Below are positions 29,601-40,613 of a stretch of 64,000 bases of DNA, piece after piece (positions within the stretch are counted from its first letter, which is position 1; each line of letters opens with the position of its first letter). Origin of the DNA: Bryobacterales bacterium (lineage in GTDB: Bacteria > Acidobacteriota > Terriglobia > Bryobacterales > UBA6623); contig CBDBHI010000028.1 in the NCBI GenBank assembly GCA_965205595.1, forward strand, positions 10,903 to 74,902, in the 5' to 3' direction. The notes under the pieces are model-generated. The model was not told the origin of the DNA. It did no database searches and saw only the letters and a program-made list of their open reading frames with translations. The position numbers were made by a program, and so were the translations under genes.

Positions 29601-31637
29601 GGTGAACAGACTCCCCGGCTGTCGGCGCGTTGGTCGCCAGGCGCGGATTCGGGTTCGTGACTTTCGCTAGATAGGTCGTGCGAGGCGCGGTGTTCAGCTC
29701 CGTCAGCAATCCGTAGTTGCGAGGGTCGGCCTTCAACTTCGCGACCCGCGAGCGGGGGTCGTTGATGTTCCCAAACGTAATCGCCTGCGTCGGGCACGCT
29801 GCTTCGCAGGCCGTCTGAATCTCACCGTCGCGAATCTCGCGGCCGGCCTTCTCGGCCGTGATCCGCGCGCTGTTGATTCGCTGCACGCAGTAGGTGCATT
29901 TCTCCATCACGCCGCGCGAGCGCACCGTTACGTCCGGGTTGCGCATCATCTTGTAGCTCTCGGTCTCGAAGTCGGAGTACAGGAAAAAGTTAAAACGCCG
30001 CACCTTGTACGGACAATTGTTCGAGCAATAGCGCGTCCCAACACAGCGGTTGTAGACCATGTCGTTGAGGCCTTCGGAGCTGTGCACGGTCGCCCCCACG
30101 GGACACACAATTTCGCAAGGTGCGTTTTCGCAATGCATGCAGCCGACGGGTTGATGGTGGACTTGCGGCTCGTCGAGCGGACCTTCGAAGTAGCGGTCGA
30201 TCCGAATCCAAGCCATCTCGCGGCCCATCAGCACCTGCTCCTTTCCGACCACCGGAATGTTGTTCTCCGACTGACAGGCCAGCGTGCAGCCATTGCAACC
30301 AATGCAGGAGTTGAGGTCGATCGTCATCCCCCAGGCGTTGCCTTCGTACTCGTGGGCGGGAAAGATCGACAGACCTTCTTGCGAGTGGTCAAATTTTTCA
30401 GAGAACGCGGGGTCTTCGCGAAAGCCGTCAAGGGTGGCGTGGCGCACCAGGTGACGATCTTCCATCGAGCTGTGGTCTTGGACCGAAGCCAGACGGTAGG
30501 TGCGGCCGCGCGGTTCGATCTTGAGGCCGGCACTTGCGTCTAGCGATGCTGTTGTTCGGATGCGGTAGGCATTGAACCCGAGCCCCGAGCCCACGCGGCC
30601 GGTCTGTTCGCGGCCGTAGCCGAGCGCGATGCTGCAGCACTCGTCGGCTTGGCCGGGAGAAATCCAAACCGGAGCTTCGACCGAGCGGCCCTCGATGCGT
30701 AGAGTCACGACATCGCCGTTTGTTAAATACAGCTGTTCGGCGGTGGCCGGGCTCAAGTGCGCTGCGTTGTCCCAGGTGAGTTTGGTGATCGGCTTGGGGG
30801 CCTCTTGCAGCCAGCCATTGTTGGCCCAGCGGCCGTCCCAGACCGTAGCGTCGGGGCGGAACAACAATTCGATTCCGTCGTTCGACGCCGGCCTCGGGGC
30901 GCGGCTCGCCCAATCCGCGCGCACGACGACGCTGCGTGATGCGAATGCGGAATCAGCCACCGAGCCGTCGTGCAGCGATTTTCGGAAACGCTTTTCGAAA
31001 GCCTCGTTTTCTAGCTGCCAAAGATTGGCGAGATGCTCGCGCAGCGCCTGCTCGCCGGACTGCTCGCGTTTGCCGAGCACCGCAAGCAGAACCGAGGCAT
31101 CGGACTTGCCTTCGTAGAGCGGCTCGATGAGCGGCTGCTGCAACGTGTGCGTGCCGTCGAAGGCGCGGCCGTCGCTCCAATTCTCAAGCGCGTGCGCTAT
31201 CGGCAGATGCCATTGGCAGCGCTCGGAAGTTTCGTCAAGATGCGCCGCTAGGTGCGCCTGAAACGGCACCTTCCCAAGGGCCTCGGCGAACTCTAAATCG
31301 GCCGGCGCATCATAGACCGGGTTGCCGCCGAGGATGAGCAAGGCGTCGACGTGCCCGGCGCTCATGTCGTTGGCGAGTTCAGTGATCGATCGCGTCTGAT
31401 CAACCGGCGCCGCGATAGGATTGTCGAGCAGATGGACGGTCTTACCAACGTTCCCGAGGCGCTCGTTGATCGCGTGCGCGGCGGCGTGAACGAAGGCCGG
31501 CTGCTGCTCGCCGGCGATTACGAGTGAGCGGCCGCGGTGATTGTGAAGATCTTCGGCGACGGCTTCGATCCACTCCGCGTGAGCTGAGACTTCGCCCTCG
31601 ATTGGAACGCCAAGCCGCTTTGCGAGCGCGGCGGCTA

Positions 31638-32756
31638 GTACTAACTTGCGAAAGTAAGGCCTTTAACTGTAAAATGTCGGTATGGCAAGACCGGCAACGG
31701 TGATTCGACTGAACGCCGAGGAAGAAGAGACGCTGCGACTCTGGGTGCGCGGCCACAAGTCCGAACGGCGCATGGTGGAGCGCGCTCGCATTGTGCTGCT
31801 GGCGGCCGCCGCTACCTCGACCGCCGAGATCGCCCGGCAACTGGGATCCCCGGCGGCGCGCGTGTCGAAATGGCGCACCCGCTTCGCCCAGCAACGTCTG
31901 GCGGGATTATGCGATCAAGCGCGTTCCGGCAGGCCCGCGCGGTACGACCAAGCGACGCGCAAACGCATCCTCTGCCAACTCGACGAAGCTCCGCCCGAAG
32001 GGCACGCCACTTGGACAGGCGAACTGCTCGCGGAAGCTCTCGGCGACGTCAGCAAGCATCAAGTCTGGCGCGTACTGCGGCAGCTCGGCGTGTCCTTGCG
32101 GCGGCGGCGCAGTTGGTGTTTGTCAACCGACCCGGAGTTCGCTCGCAAGGCCGCCGACATTGTCGGACTCTACCTCAGCCCGCCGGAAAACGCCGTGGTG
32201 CTCGCGGTCGACGAGAAGCCGAGCATCCAGGCCTTGGAGCGAGCGCAGGGCTGGCTACGCTTGCCCAACGGCAAGGCCTTGACGGGCTTCTCGCACGGCT
32301 ACAGGCGGCACGGCACGACGCCGCTTTTCGCCGCGCTGGAAGTGGCTACCGGATTCATCATCGCCGGACACTATTGGCGCCGACGGCGTCGCGAGTTTCT
32401 CGACTTCATGAACCACATCGCGGCCATCCACGAAGGCCGCGAGATCCACATCATCTTGGATAACTTGAACACTCACAAGCCCAAAAATGACCGCTGGCTG
32501 CAACGTCATGCGAACATCCATTTTCACTACACGCCGACCTACAGTTCGTGGATGAATCAGGTTGAGGTGTGGTTTTCGATTCTGAGCCGCCGCGCCTTGC
32601 GGGGGGCGAGTTTCACTTCCCCCCGGCAGGTGCGCGAGGCCATCGACAGCTTCGTCCGCGTCTACAACTCCAAGGCTACTCCGTTCGAATGGACCAAGAC
32701 CGTCGTAGCCCCTCGTCCCCTCGCCAGTAAATATTCTAACTTACGCAACTAAGTAC
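31638..32756 (+). mobile_element. IS630 family element
   Basis: IRs GTACTAACTTGCGAAAGT / ACTTACGCAACTAAGTAC; TA duplication at 31636-31637 and 32757-32758 within CTAG. Confidence 0.95.
31682..32752 (+). CDS. IS630 transposase
   Basis: HTH N-terminus; VDEK, ILDNLNTH, SSWMNQVE. Confidence 0.95.
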   Translation: MARPATVIRLNAEEEETLRLWVRGHKSERRMVERARIVLLAAAATSTAEIARQLGSPAARVSKWRTRFAQQRLAGLCDQARSGRPARYDQATRKRILCQLDEAPPEGHATWTGELLAEALGDVSKHQVWRVLRQLGVSLRRRRSWCLSTDPEFARKAADIVGLYLSPPENAVVLAVDEKPSIQALERAQGWLRLPNGKALTGFSHGYRRHGTTPLFAALEVATGFIIAGHYWRRRRREFLDFMNHIAAIHEGREIHIILDNLNTHKPKNDRWLQRHANIHFHYTPTYSSWMNQVEVWFSILSRRALRGASFTSPRQVREAIDSFVRVYNSKATPFEWTKTVVAPRPLASKYSNLRN

Positions 32757-33753
32757 TAGTCCGCAAACGTCCGAGCTCTTGAGCCGCAAGCGATGGTCTG
32801 CCGTCGAGCCGGTTATGGTCACTTCGGCCTCGGCCACGTAGAGCCGGTTCATCCGCGCGCGGCCTTGGGAGAGCTTACGCCGGCGCGAAAATTCGCGTGC
32901 GTGGCGTAGCACCCCCGGGCCCACGCTCAAGAAGTCGGCGTCGAGAGATACGATAACGTCGGCATCGTCAAGCGCATAGCGAACGCCTAGGCGTTCGCCG
33001 AACGCGGCCTCGGCCCCCGCGAAAGCGTTGTCGCGATTGACGGCTTCCCACTGATGCCACTTTGCGTTCGGGTATCGTTCGAGGACCTGTTCGATCAGTG
33101 ACAGCGCCAACGGTGAGCCGACGGTCGGAGTGAGCAGGCGCAGCCCGGCCCCTTGTTTACGCGTTTGCTCCGCGAGCACCGTTCGCAACGCGGCCAAAAA
33201 GCTTACCCAGCCCGAAATGCGGCCTTCCCGCCGAACAACTTGCGAGCGATCAGGATCGTACAGATCGAGTACCGATGCGATCGAGAACGAGCTCGCCGCG
33301 CCAAGGCTCGCCGGGTGCTCGGGGTTACCCTCGATGTGCGTGGGCCAGCCCTGATGCGACTCGGCAAGCACGCCTTCGGCGTAGCCGCCCAGCGACGTCA
33401 TCGTGGCGAAATAACGTGGCACGCCGGGAATCTCGCTCTCGGGGCGGCGAGCGTAGGGGACAATCGATTCGCGTGGCTGGATCGTGCAATTCGTCAGTCC
33501 ACCAAGCGCCAACGAGGCGCCCATCACGCTCAAGAACTTGCGGCGGCTTAGGCCGTCGGACCAGACGTCAGCCTGAGTTGGAAACTCGTGCTTGAGGACG
33601 TCTTGAAACTCGTCCGTGGCGGCAATCTGTTCGAGGCTCTTCCAGTAGGTCGGCCCATTGGCCTCGTTGAGCTTTTGGCGCAGCGGCGCCAGGTGGTTCT
33701 TGGCGCGAAGCGGGGGCTTGGGCTCGATCTGAATCAGCTCGCTCATTGTGTTG

Positions 33754-34413
33754 CTATCGATGACACGCCGAACAATCCGTGACTCTGCGAACGCCATACT
33801 CCGCGACCAATTGCTGCGCCAATAACACCCGTTCCTCTGGGTCCTCGGGCGGCTGCCAGTTCATGTTGAACACCTCTTCCTTGGGGCGGATGTTCTCCGC
33901 TGGATGGCGATGACAGTCGAGGCACCATTCCATCTGCAAACTATTCTGCTGACGGATGAGCGGCATCTCGTCGACCTGGCCGTGACAGCTTACGCAGCCG
34001 ACCCCCTTGGCGACGTGGATCGAGTGGTTGAAGTAGGCAAAGTCAGGAAGGTCGTGGACACGTGTCCACTCAATTGAGCGGTCGTCGCGGAAGCTATCGC
34101 GGATCGGCTCGAGCATCGGCGCGTCGCCCCAAACTTGCGAGTGGCAGGTGTAGCAAGTCTTGGTCGCCGGCAGCCCGGCAAAGGCGCTTTCCTCGACGGA
34201 TGTGTGGCAGTGCCTACAATCAATACCTAGTCCCTTGACGTGGTGCTTGTGGCTGAACGGGACCGGCTGCTGTTTCGTTACACCGGCACCGTTGACATAG
34301 GGTGAACGCATCAAAGTGAGGCCAAGCCATAGAGCCCCGGCGACGATGAATACGCCCCCAAAAATGGTCAGGCGGGCGAGGGTGTTGGCGCTGCGCTGAA
34401 AGAGTTACCCCAC
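33754..34413 (-). pseudogene. actA: Alternative complex III pentaheme cytochrome c with nonsense codon 3
   Basis: Five CxxCH motifs; GGAG RBS then GTG GGG TAA CTC TTT CAG CGC..., in frame with the TM anchor and heme domain. Confidence 0.85.
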
Positions 34414-34851
34414 GGATGCTACTCCCGAGCCAGTCGACGGACCGCCTCAAAGTGTTCCATCGACGGTTGGGGCATAAAACCTAAGTGATGTGTTAAATGC
34501 CGCAACCGTTAGTCTAACATCATATTTTTATACTGTAAAACAGTTGTTATACGTGTTTAACAATAATAACATGGATCGAGACGGGCAAGACGACGGTTCG
34601 TCAAGGTGGGGGGACTACGAGATCGCATGTGCCAGTTCCGGCCGGAAATTCCTTGGTTTGAAGTTTCGCGTCAGTCTAGCCAGCGGCGAGGACCCGATCA
34701 CTCTAGGGAGAATCTCGCGGGTCCGTGGCTTTGGATGTGGGCCTGTGGGCGTTTCGAAGATGCACTGGTCGCAATCTTTCGATTGCGGCACTGTGGTGGC
34801 GGTTCGACGAGGCAGTCTTTGGAATATCTGAAAATGCTCTAGCCTCGGTTT

Positions 34852-36261
34852 TCAGTTCGACGTAAGCGTAACGGCGTTCTGCACAAACCCCGCCGGCCGG
34901 ACGTTCTTTCCCTGCTTCTTCCCGTCGCCAAGGTCGGCGCGCGCCCATTCTGTAAGTGAGCGCAATTTTTCGACCACCTGCGGGTTTTGCTGCGCCACGT
35001 TTGTCGTCTCACCGATGTCCGAGTGCAGATCGTAGAGCTCGGTGACCGGCTCCGGGTAAAAGTCCGGGTAGCGCCCGGTGGCTCGTGCGACGTGCAACTT
35101 CCAGCGGCCACTGCGGACTCCGGTGAGGTGGCTCATGAAGTAGTAGTAGTAAGCGAGGTGCGGCGTTGGCCGCGGTTTGTCGCTCAACAAGAGCGGGCGA
35201 ATATCCATGCCGTCGATGACCCGATCGGTGGGCGCGGCCGTGCCCGCCAGCGCCGCAAACGTCGGCAGGATATCGACTGATATCGCTAACTCGTCGCTCG
35301 CTGTGCCGGCCGGGATGTGGCCTGGCCAGCGCGCTACAAAGCAGACCCGATGTCCGCCCTCCCACGTGGTGCCCTTACCGCCGCGGAGGGGTGCGTTCTG
35401 AGCGCCGTGTTGCATCGCGCCGCCGTTATCGGACGTAAAGATCACCAGCGTGCTGTCATCGATCCCGAGTGCCTTGAGCTTTTTGAGAATTTCACCGGTC
35501 GACCAGTCGACTTCCTCGACCGCATCGCCCCACTTACCGTTCCTCGACTTGCCCGCGAATCGCTCCGACGAATACTGCGGCCAGTGCGGCATCGTGTGCG
35601 GCAGGTAGAGGAAAAACGGCCCCTCTTTGTTCGCCTCGATGAACTGCAACGCCTCTTGGGTATAGCGCTGGGTGATCAGACGCTGGTCCGGCTCTCGCTC
35701 GATGACTTCTTCGTCGCGTAGCAAGGGCAACGGCGGGTAGTTGTAAGGCTTGCGGCGCGAGTCATGCCCCATGTCGTTTGAAAACGGGATGCCGAAATAG
35801 GAGTCAAAGCCCTGATGTGTCGGCAGAAATTCACGCTGGTCGCCGAGATGCCACTTGCCCACCATGCCGGTTTTGTAGCCCGCATCCTTGAGCACTTCCG
35901 CGATGGTCACTTCATCGGAATGCAGCCCCTCTTTGTTCCCCGGAAAAAGCACCCAGCGGCCTTCCTCGTTTTCGTCGAGGCCGACGCGGCGCGGGTAGCT
36001 GCCTGTCATTAAGGAACTGCGCGATGGCGTGCAGACGTTCGCTGTGACATAAAAACTGGTGAGCTTTCGCCCCTCGGCCGCCATGCGGTCAAGGTGTGGC
36101 GTTCGATGCAGTTTCGAGCCAAACGGACCAATGTCGGAGTAACCCAGGTCGTCGACGAAGATCAAGACGAAGTTGGGCTTGTCCGCCGCTGTCAGCGGAA
36201 TCACCAAAAACAGCAGAACCATCAATGCCGAAATCGAAATTCTCATCACACTAACCCCCAC
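34852..36261 (-). CDS. Arylsulfatase-family sulfatase
   Basis: KPNFVLIFVDDLG, CTPSR, GKWHLG, TSDNG; signal peptide. Confidence 0.95.
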   Translation of the reverse strand: MGVSVMRISISALMVLLFLVIPLTAADKPNFVLIFVDDLGYSDIGPFGSKLHRTPHLDRMAAEGRKLTSFYVTANVCTPSRSSLMTGSYPRRVGLDENEEGRWVLFPGNKEGLHSDEVTIAEVLKDAGYKTGMVGKWHLGDQREFLPTHQGFDSYFGIPFSNDMGHDSRRKPYNYPPLPLLRDEEVIEREPDQRLITQRYTQEALQFIEANKEGPFFLYLPHTMPHWPQYSSERFAGKSRNGKWGDAVEEVDWSTGEILKKLKALGIDDSTLVIFTSDNGGAMQHGAQNAPLRGGKGTTWEGGHRVCFVARWPGHIPAGTASDELAISVDILPTFAALAGTAAPTDRVIDGMDIRPLLLSDKPRPTPHLAYYYYFMSHLTGVRSGRWKLHVARATGRYPDFYPEPVTELYDLHSDIGETTNVAQQNPQVVEKLRSLTEWARADLGDGKKQGKNVRPAGFVQNAVTLTSN

Positions 36262-36650
36262 GCGCCTCCCAGGATAGCCCGCGGAGGCGGCTCTCGAGTG
36301 GAGGCGGAGATCCGGGCTGGGAGTGTCACAGACGAGTTCATGAGCCGTCTCCGACTACGCATCAAGAAGCGACGGGGCGGTTATTGCCGAGCGGGGCTGA
36401 CGGAAGGGGCCGGATCGGCCGAGTTGGAAATTGGTGGTTTGCTTTGCTGGAAAAGTGTCAGTAGGCCGCTCTTTGACTGGACCAGTCCGCCCTTCGCCAC
36501 AGCGCTTGCTTGACGGTCGAGCCTCCGAGATCGGTGCTGAAGTCGTAGTATTCTTGGCCAATGATAAGGTTTCAGGTTCGTGTTGACCGTTTCGGGTGAG
36601 ACCCTGCAGGATGTTGCTAAAATCCGCAGGTTACGGCTGGCCTTTCGTTG

Positions 36651-38228
36651 ATGAGTGACATCTTTATCAGTTACGCCGGTGAGGACCGCGATCGAGTGCG
36701 GGAATTAGCTGTAGCGCTCGAGCGGCAAGGCTGGGAGGTTTGGTGGGATCGCGAAAGCATAGCGGCTGGAGAATTGTTTGATGAGGTAATCGACAAAGAG
36801 CTCAATGCCGCCAAAAGTGTCGTTGTTGTCTGGACGACGACATCCGTTAAGAGTCACTGGGTTAAAGATGAGGCGACAGTGGGTTGGGAACGCAACGTAC
36901 TTGTGCCGGTGTTGCTTGAGCCAGAACCGTTCAAGCCACCTTTAGGCTTCCGCCAAATCCATGGGGCGGAACTGTTCGATTGGAACGGTGATGAGACCTC
37001 TCACGCTTTCCTAAAGCTGATTTCGGATTTGACAAGGGTAATTGGAGCGAAACTGCAAACATCCACCGACGCGCCCGGCAACGCCATCATCCGCATTAGT
37101 GCTCCTCCGGTTACGGTGCACATAACAGAACCGCCTGCGGCGAAGCCAGAACAACACCTCCGCGTTTCGGTCCATCGCGCGTTCTTTGAAGGTGATCCGA
37201 TCGAAAAATTTTTCGTCAATGTGGTCAATCAATCGGCGGATCAGCAGGTTGAACTAACCCATGTTTGGTATGAGGGCTCGAAACGCGTCGACATCGTAGA
37301 GATTGCGCGGTCGCTTCCTAAACTGCTAGGCCCTTCAGAATCCTGGGAGACGTGGGTCTCCGCCGCAGACGTGCCCAGTGACGATAACCCGTTCCAGAAT
37401 TTCCGAGTTCGGACCTCAACTGAAGAAGTCGTTGCATCGACGCAGAACGTCGGTGTGCCTCGTCGAGGGTTCGTCCCTGGCGGTCTCGTCACCGCCCCCC
37501 CGCACGTTCGACAAATCGCCCGAATGGGGAGCGAGCTGCCGCAAAGTTTTTTCGCACATGACGGCTCGGATGACAAATACAGAGCAAGTAATTTCGTACT
37601 GTTTGTGGCCAGTCCTACAATATCGGAAGAAACGATTCTCGATAAGGAGAAGCAGCGAAGCTTCAATAGAGCAGTCAAACATGCATTTCGTGAAACCGTC
37701 GGCTTCGATCGAAGAATTATCCGAGGTCAGTATCACCAGATTGAATCAGACGCATCGTATCGATCGTGTAGTCATCGAGGCTGGTTTTTCGGTGAGATTG
37801 GGCAAATCGGGTGTTCGGCAAACTTAGAGACAAAGCGCGACGTGATGGTTGGCGACCTTGCCCTCCATTACGTATTTTTTGTGCGTCTGTGTGAATCAAT
37901 GTTTTCACCTTCGCAATCGATTGATCTCTCTCTCACACTAACGTGCCCGAGCGCCGAACTTGCACCATTCTTCCCGGATCCTGACGGCGGGCATGAGGAC
38001 TACGATCAAGTAGACGTTCGTTTCAATCAACGGGAACCGTATTTGCCTAAATCTAACGTAGCGACAAGTACGCTTAGCTCGGCGCGCGAGCCAGTTGCGC
38101 TGGCGAGGCTGGTGTTTCGTCAGCTACAGGAGGTCGCAGGAGCTGAGGCAAGACTTGAAAGCTGGGTGGAATGCTTCAGTTCCCTATCGAGGCAGACTCG
38201 TGCTCCGTCTTGGGGAATGCTGCGGTAG
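36651..38228 (+). CDS. TIR-domain protein with uncharacterised C-terminal domains
   Basis: DIFISYA, VWWD, SHWVKDE (catalytic Glu), LVPV. Confidence 0.85.
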   Translation: MSDIFISYAGEDRDRVRELAVALERQGWEVWWDRESIAAGELFDEVIDKELNAAKSVVVVWTTTSVKSHWVKDEATVGWERNVLVPVLLEPEPFKPPLGFRQIHGAELFDWNGDETSHAFLKLISDLTRVIGAKLQTSTDAPGNAIIRISAPPVTVHITEPPAAKPEQHLRVSVHRAFFEGDPIEKFFVNVVNQSADQQVELTHVWYEGSKRVDIVEIARSLPKLLGPSESWETWVSAADVPSDDNPFQNFRVRTSTEEVVASTQNVGVPRRGFVPGGLVTAPPHVRQIARMGSELPQSFFAHDGSDDKYRASNFVLFVASPTISEETILDKEKQRSFNRAVKHAFRETVGFDRRIIRGQYHQIESDASYRSCSHRGWFFGEIGQIGCSANLETKRDVMVGDLALHYVFFVRLCESMFSPSQSIDLSLTLTCPSAELAPFFPDPDGGHEDYDQVDVRFNQREPYLPKSNVATSTLSSAREPVALARLVFRQLQEVAGAEARLESWVECFSSLSRQTRAPSWGMLR

Positions 38229-38317
38229 GAACCCGGACGAATTTTCGCCAGTTGTCGTCACGACCAAGGTCGTTCAGACGAAGGGTCATCTAACTCGCCG
38301 ACTAGAAAACATAGAGT

Positions 38318-39211
38318 ATGCGTTTCATCAACGAAGCCGAAGTAGCATCGGTCCTCCGGATGGAAGACTTGATCCCCGCGATGCGCCAGGCGATGATCGA
38401 TTTTTCCCAGGGCAAGGTGGGGCAACCTACTCGCCATATCCTCTCGGTCAAAGATCACAACGGATTTTTTGGTGGAATGCCCGCCGTCACACCAAGCGGC
38501 ATGGGCGCCAAACTCGTAGCCTTCTACCCCGAGAACGCAAAGAAGAACCTGCCGACGCACATGGCGACGATCGTGCTGTTCCGGCCCGAAACCGGCGAGC
38601 CGTTGGTAACGATGGACGGCGGTCTCATCACCGAGATGCGCACCGCCGCCGTGACCGCAACATTCGTCGACGCCGTAGCCGCTCCCGACGTGAAGGCTCT
38701 CGCAATCTTGGGCGCCGGCCTACAAGGCGAAAGTCACATCGAAGCGCTTTCGCACATTCGCAAGTTCGACGAGATCCGCATCTGGAACCGCACGCCGGAA
38801 CGCGCCGCGAAACTAGCCGAAAAAGTGGGCGGTAAGGCAATGGGGGCTGAGGATGCGGTGAGCGGCGCGGACGTCGTTGTGACCACAACCGGCTCCACCG
38901 AGCCAATCATCGACGGACGGTGGCTGGCCCCTGGCGCGAAGGTCGCCAGCGTAGGCTGGTCAGGCGCTGAAGGCGCTGAACTCGACGCGGCAACCATGAA
39001 TCACACGGTAGTGGTCGATTCCCGCGCTGGAACTCAAGCCGAATCGGGCAATGTGCGGCGACACAAACCCAAAGTCTACGCCGAACTTGGCGAAGTGCTC
39101 GACGGCAGCCGACCGGTCGACCCGAGCGCGCTGGTGGTTTTCGACTCGATCGGCATGGCCTGCCAAGACGTCGTCGCGGCTGGCCTTGTTTGGGAAAAAC
39201 TCGGGAGCTAA
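38318..39211 (+). CDS. Ornithine cyclodeaminase / mu-crystallin family protein
   Basis: GAKLV, ITEMRTAA, GAGLQG, FDSIGMACQD. Confidence 0.92.
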   Translation: MRFINEAEVASVLRMEDLIPAMRQAMIDFSQGKVGQPTRHILSVKDHNGFFGGMPAVTPSGMGAKLVAFYPENAKKNLPTHMATIVLFRPETGEPLVTMDGGLITEMRTAAVTATFVDAVAAPDVKALAILGAGLQGESHIEALSHIRKFDEIRIWNRTPERAAKLAEKVGGKAMGAEDAVSGADVVVTTTGSTEPIIDGRWLAPGAKVASVGWSGAEGAELDAATMNHTVVVDSRAGTQAESGNVRRHKPKVYAELGEVLDGSRPVDPSALVVFDSIGMACQDVVAAGLVWEKLGS

Positions 39212-39295
39212 TTGGTGGCGAGCACCTCGGCCTTGTCCTCGGTCGACAACTGCCGTGCCGTACGAACTAGCCCGAGTTTCGCGATTCGGTCTCGG

Positions 39296-39505
39296 TTAGG
39301 TTATTTGTGGTTGTGAGAAGAGGCCGAACAGAGTGGACCGGTTCCACGTAGAAGTCATATCGAAGCCGACCTCGCCGTGGGATTGCCCCGTCGACGATTC
39401 GAGAGCCATTTCTTGTTTGGCATCGTAAATCGATTAAAAGACAAGCAGGGCGGTGCAGACCAAAAGTACCGTAGCGCTTAGAACCATTTTGCGTTTGAAA
39501 GACAT
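39296..39505 (-). pseudogene. Possible small membrane/secreted protein with in-frame TAA
   Basis: MSFKRKMVLSATVLLVCTALLVF*SIYDAKQE...: signal-like helix, then a stop, then the frame stays open. Confidence 0.3.
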
Positions 39506-39812
39506 TGGCATTGACCGGTGGGCTCCTTTCGTGCCGACTTGCGATTTGCGTTGCTATCGCCTAGAGACACCGCTCACCGATGCTTGCCGGTGGACGGGGG
39601 CTCGCGCGTCGCCGCACGGGGGAAATTCCGGAGCGTCGTCGATTTTGAATCTCAGGGTTGCACCCTGAGCTAATACAAACGCCACCCCTACGGGGTTCAG
39701 TTTCTGTGGCTTCGCGCACAGTGCTACGCGCGGTCCGAATTCTTCAGGGCTTATAGCCTCCAAGAAAGCCAGACTTCAGACGTTGGCGCTGTTATGATTT
39801 TGATGAGTCGAA

Positions 39813-40613
39813 ATGCATTGCAGGCGAAAACCGGTTTTATCAGTCGTGCTGTCGGCAGCGATGTTTATTGCGCTTGCCGCCGGCGCTAGCGATATTCCCC
39901 GCTCGTTCGACGACCACCCCGATCTCAACGGCGTTTGGCAGGCCATCGGCACGGCATATTGGGATCTCGAAGATCACCCGTCCGCCGCCGGTCATCCCGA
40001 TCTCGGCGCGATTGGGGCCGTCCCGCCAGGTCAGGGCGTCGTCGTTGGCGGCGAAATTCCCTACAACGATGATGGCCTCGCGAGGAAGAAGGCGAACGCG
40101 GGGAATCGCCCTGACAAGGACCCGGAGGCGCGGTGTTTCCTGCCAGGGGTTCCGCGTGCCACGTATCTGCCTTTCCCGTTTCAGATCGTGCAAGGCGACA
40201 AGAAAATTATGATTGTCTACGGATTCGCCGAGGCCAACCGCACGATCCACATGGATAAGGACAATCCAGAGCCGCCGCCGCTGGACTCGTGGATGGGCCG
40301 TTCGCACGGCCGCTGGCAAGGCGAGACGCTGGTCGTCGACGCCGAGGGGTTTAACGGTGAGGCCTGGTTCGACCGCGCCGGCAACGCCGCGACATCGACG
40401 TTGAAAGTTGAAGAGCGCTATACGCCGATTGGCAAAGACGCTCTGATGTACGAGGCTACGCTCAGCGATCCGGCAGTCTTCACTCGGCCTTGGAAAATCC
40501 GCATGCCGCTGTATCGGCGTCTCGACGAAAACGCTCGCGTGCTTGAATTCAAATGCGTTGAGTTCTCGGAAGATCTCGTTTACGGACATCTCCGCAGGAA
40601 GCCTACACGATGA
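39813..40613 (+). CDS. Secreted hypothetical protein (PDLxGVW...C...GxWxGxTLVV family)
   Basis: Signal peptide; PDLNGVW, DPEARCFLPGVPR, GRSHGRWQGETLVVD, EFKC. Confidence 0.8.
   Translation: MHCRRKPVLSVVLSAAMFIALAAGASDIPRSFDDHPDLNGVWQAIGTAYWDLEDHPSAAGHPDLGAIGAVPPGQGVVVGGEIPYNDDGLARKKANAGNRPDKDPEARCFLPGVPRATYLPFPFQIVQGDKKIMIVYGFAEANRTIHMDKDNPEPPPLDSWMGRSHGRWQGETLVVDAEGFNGEAWFDRAGNAATSTLKVEERYTPIGKDALMYEATLSDPAVFTRPWKIRMPLYRRLDENARVLEFKCVEFSEDLVYGHLRRKPTR

Larger units (their letters stand above)
29590..33746 (-). pseudogene. actB: Alternative complex III subunit B interrupted by IS630
   Basis: YWKSLE...SRRKFL Tat region, molybdopterin-like domain, C-terminal Fe-S motifs (CIGCNGC, CMHCENAPC, CVGTRYC, CTYC); IS removal restores ...VCGLAAALAK... 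Confidence 0.93.

Noticed and set aside
34531-34547. LexA-like CTGT...ACAG upstream of actA
   Set aside because: Spacer is 3 nt rather than 8; likely part of an AT-rich promoter.
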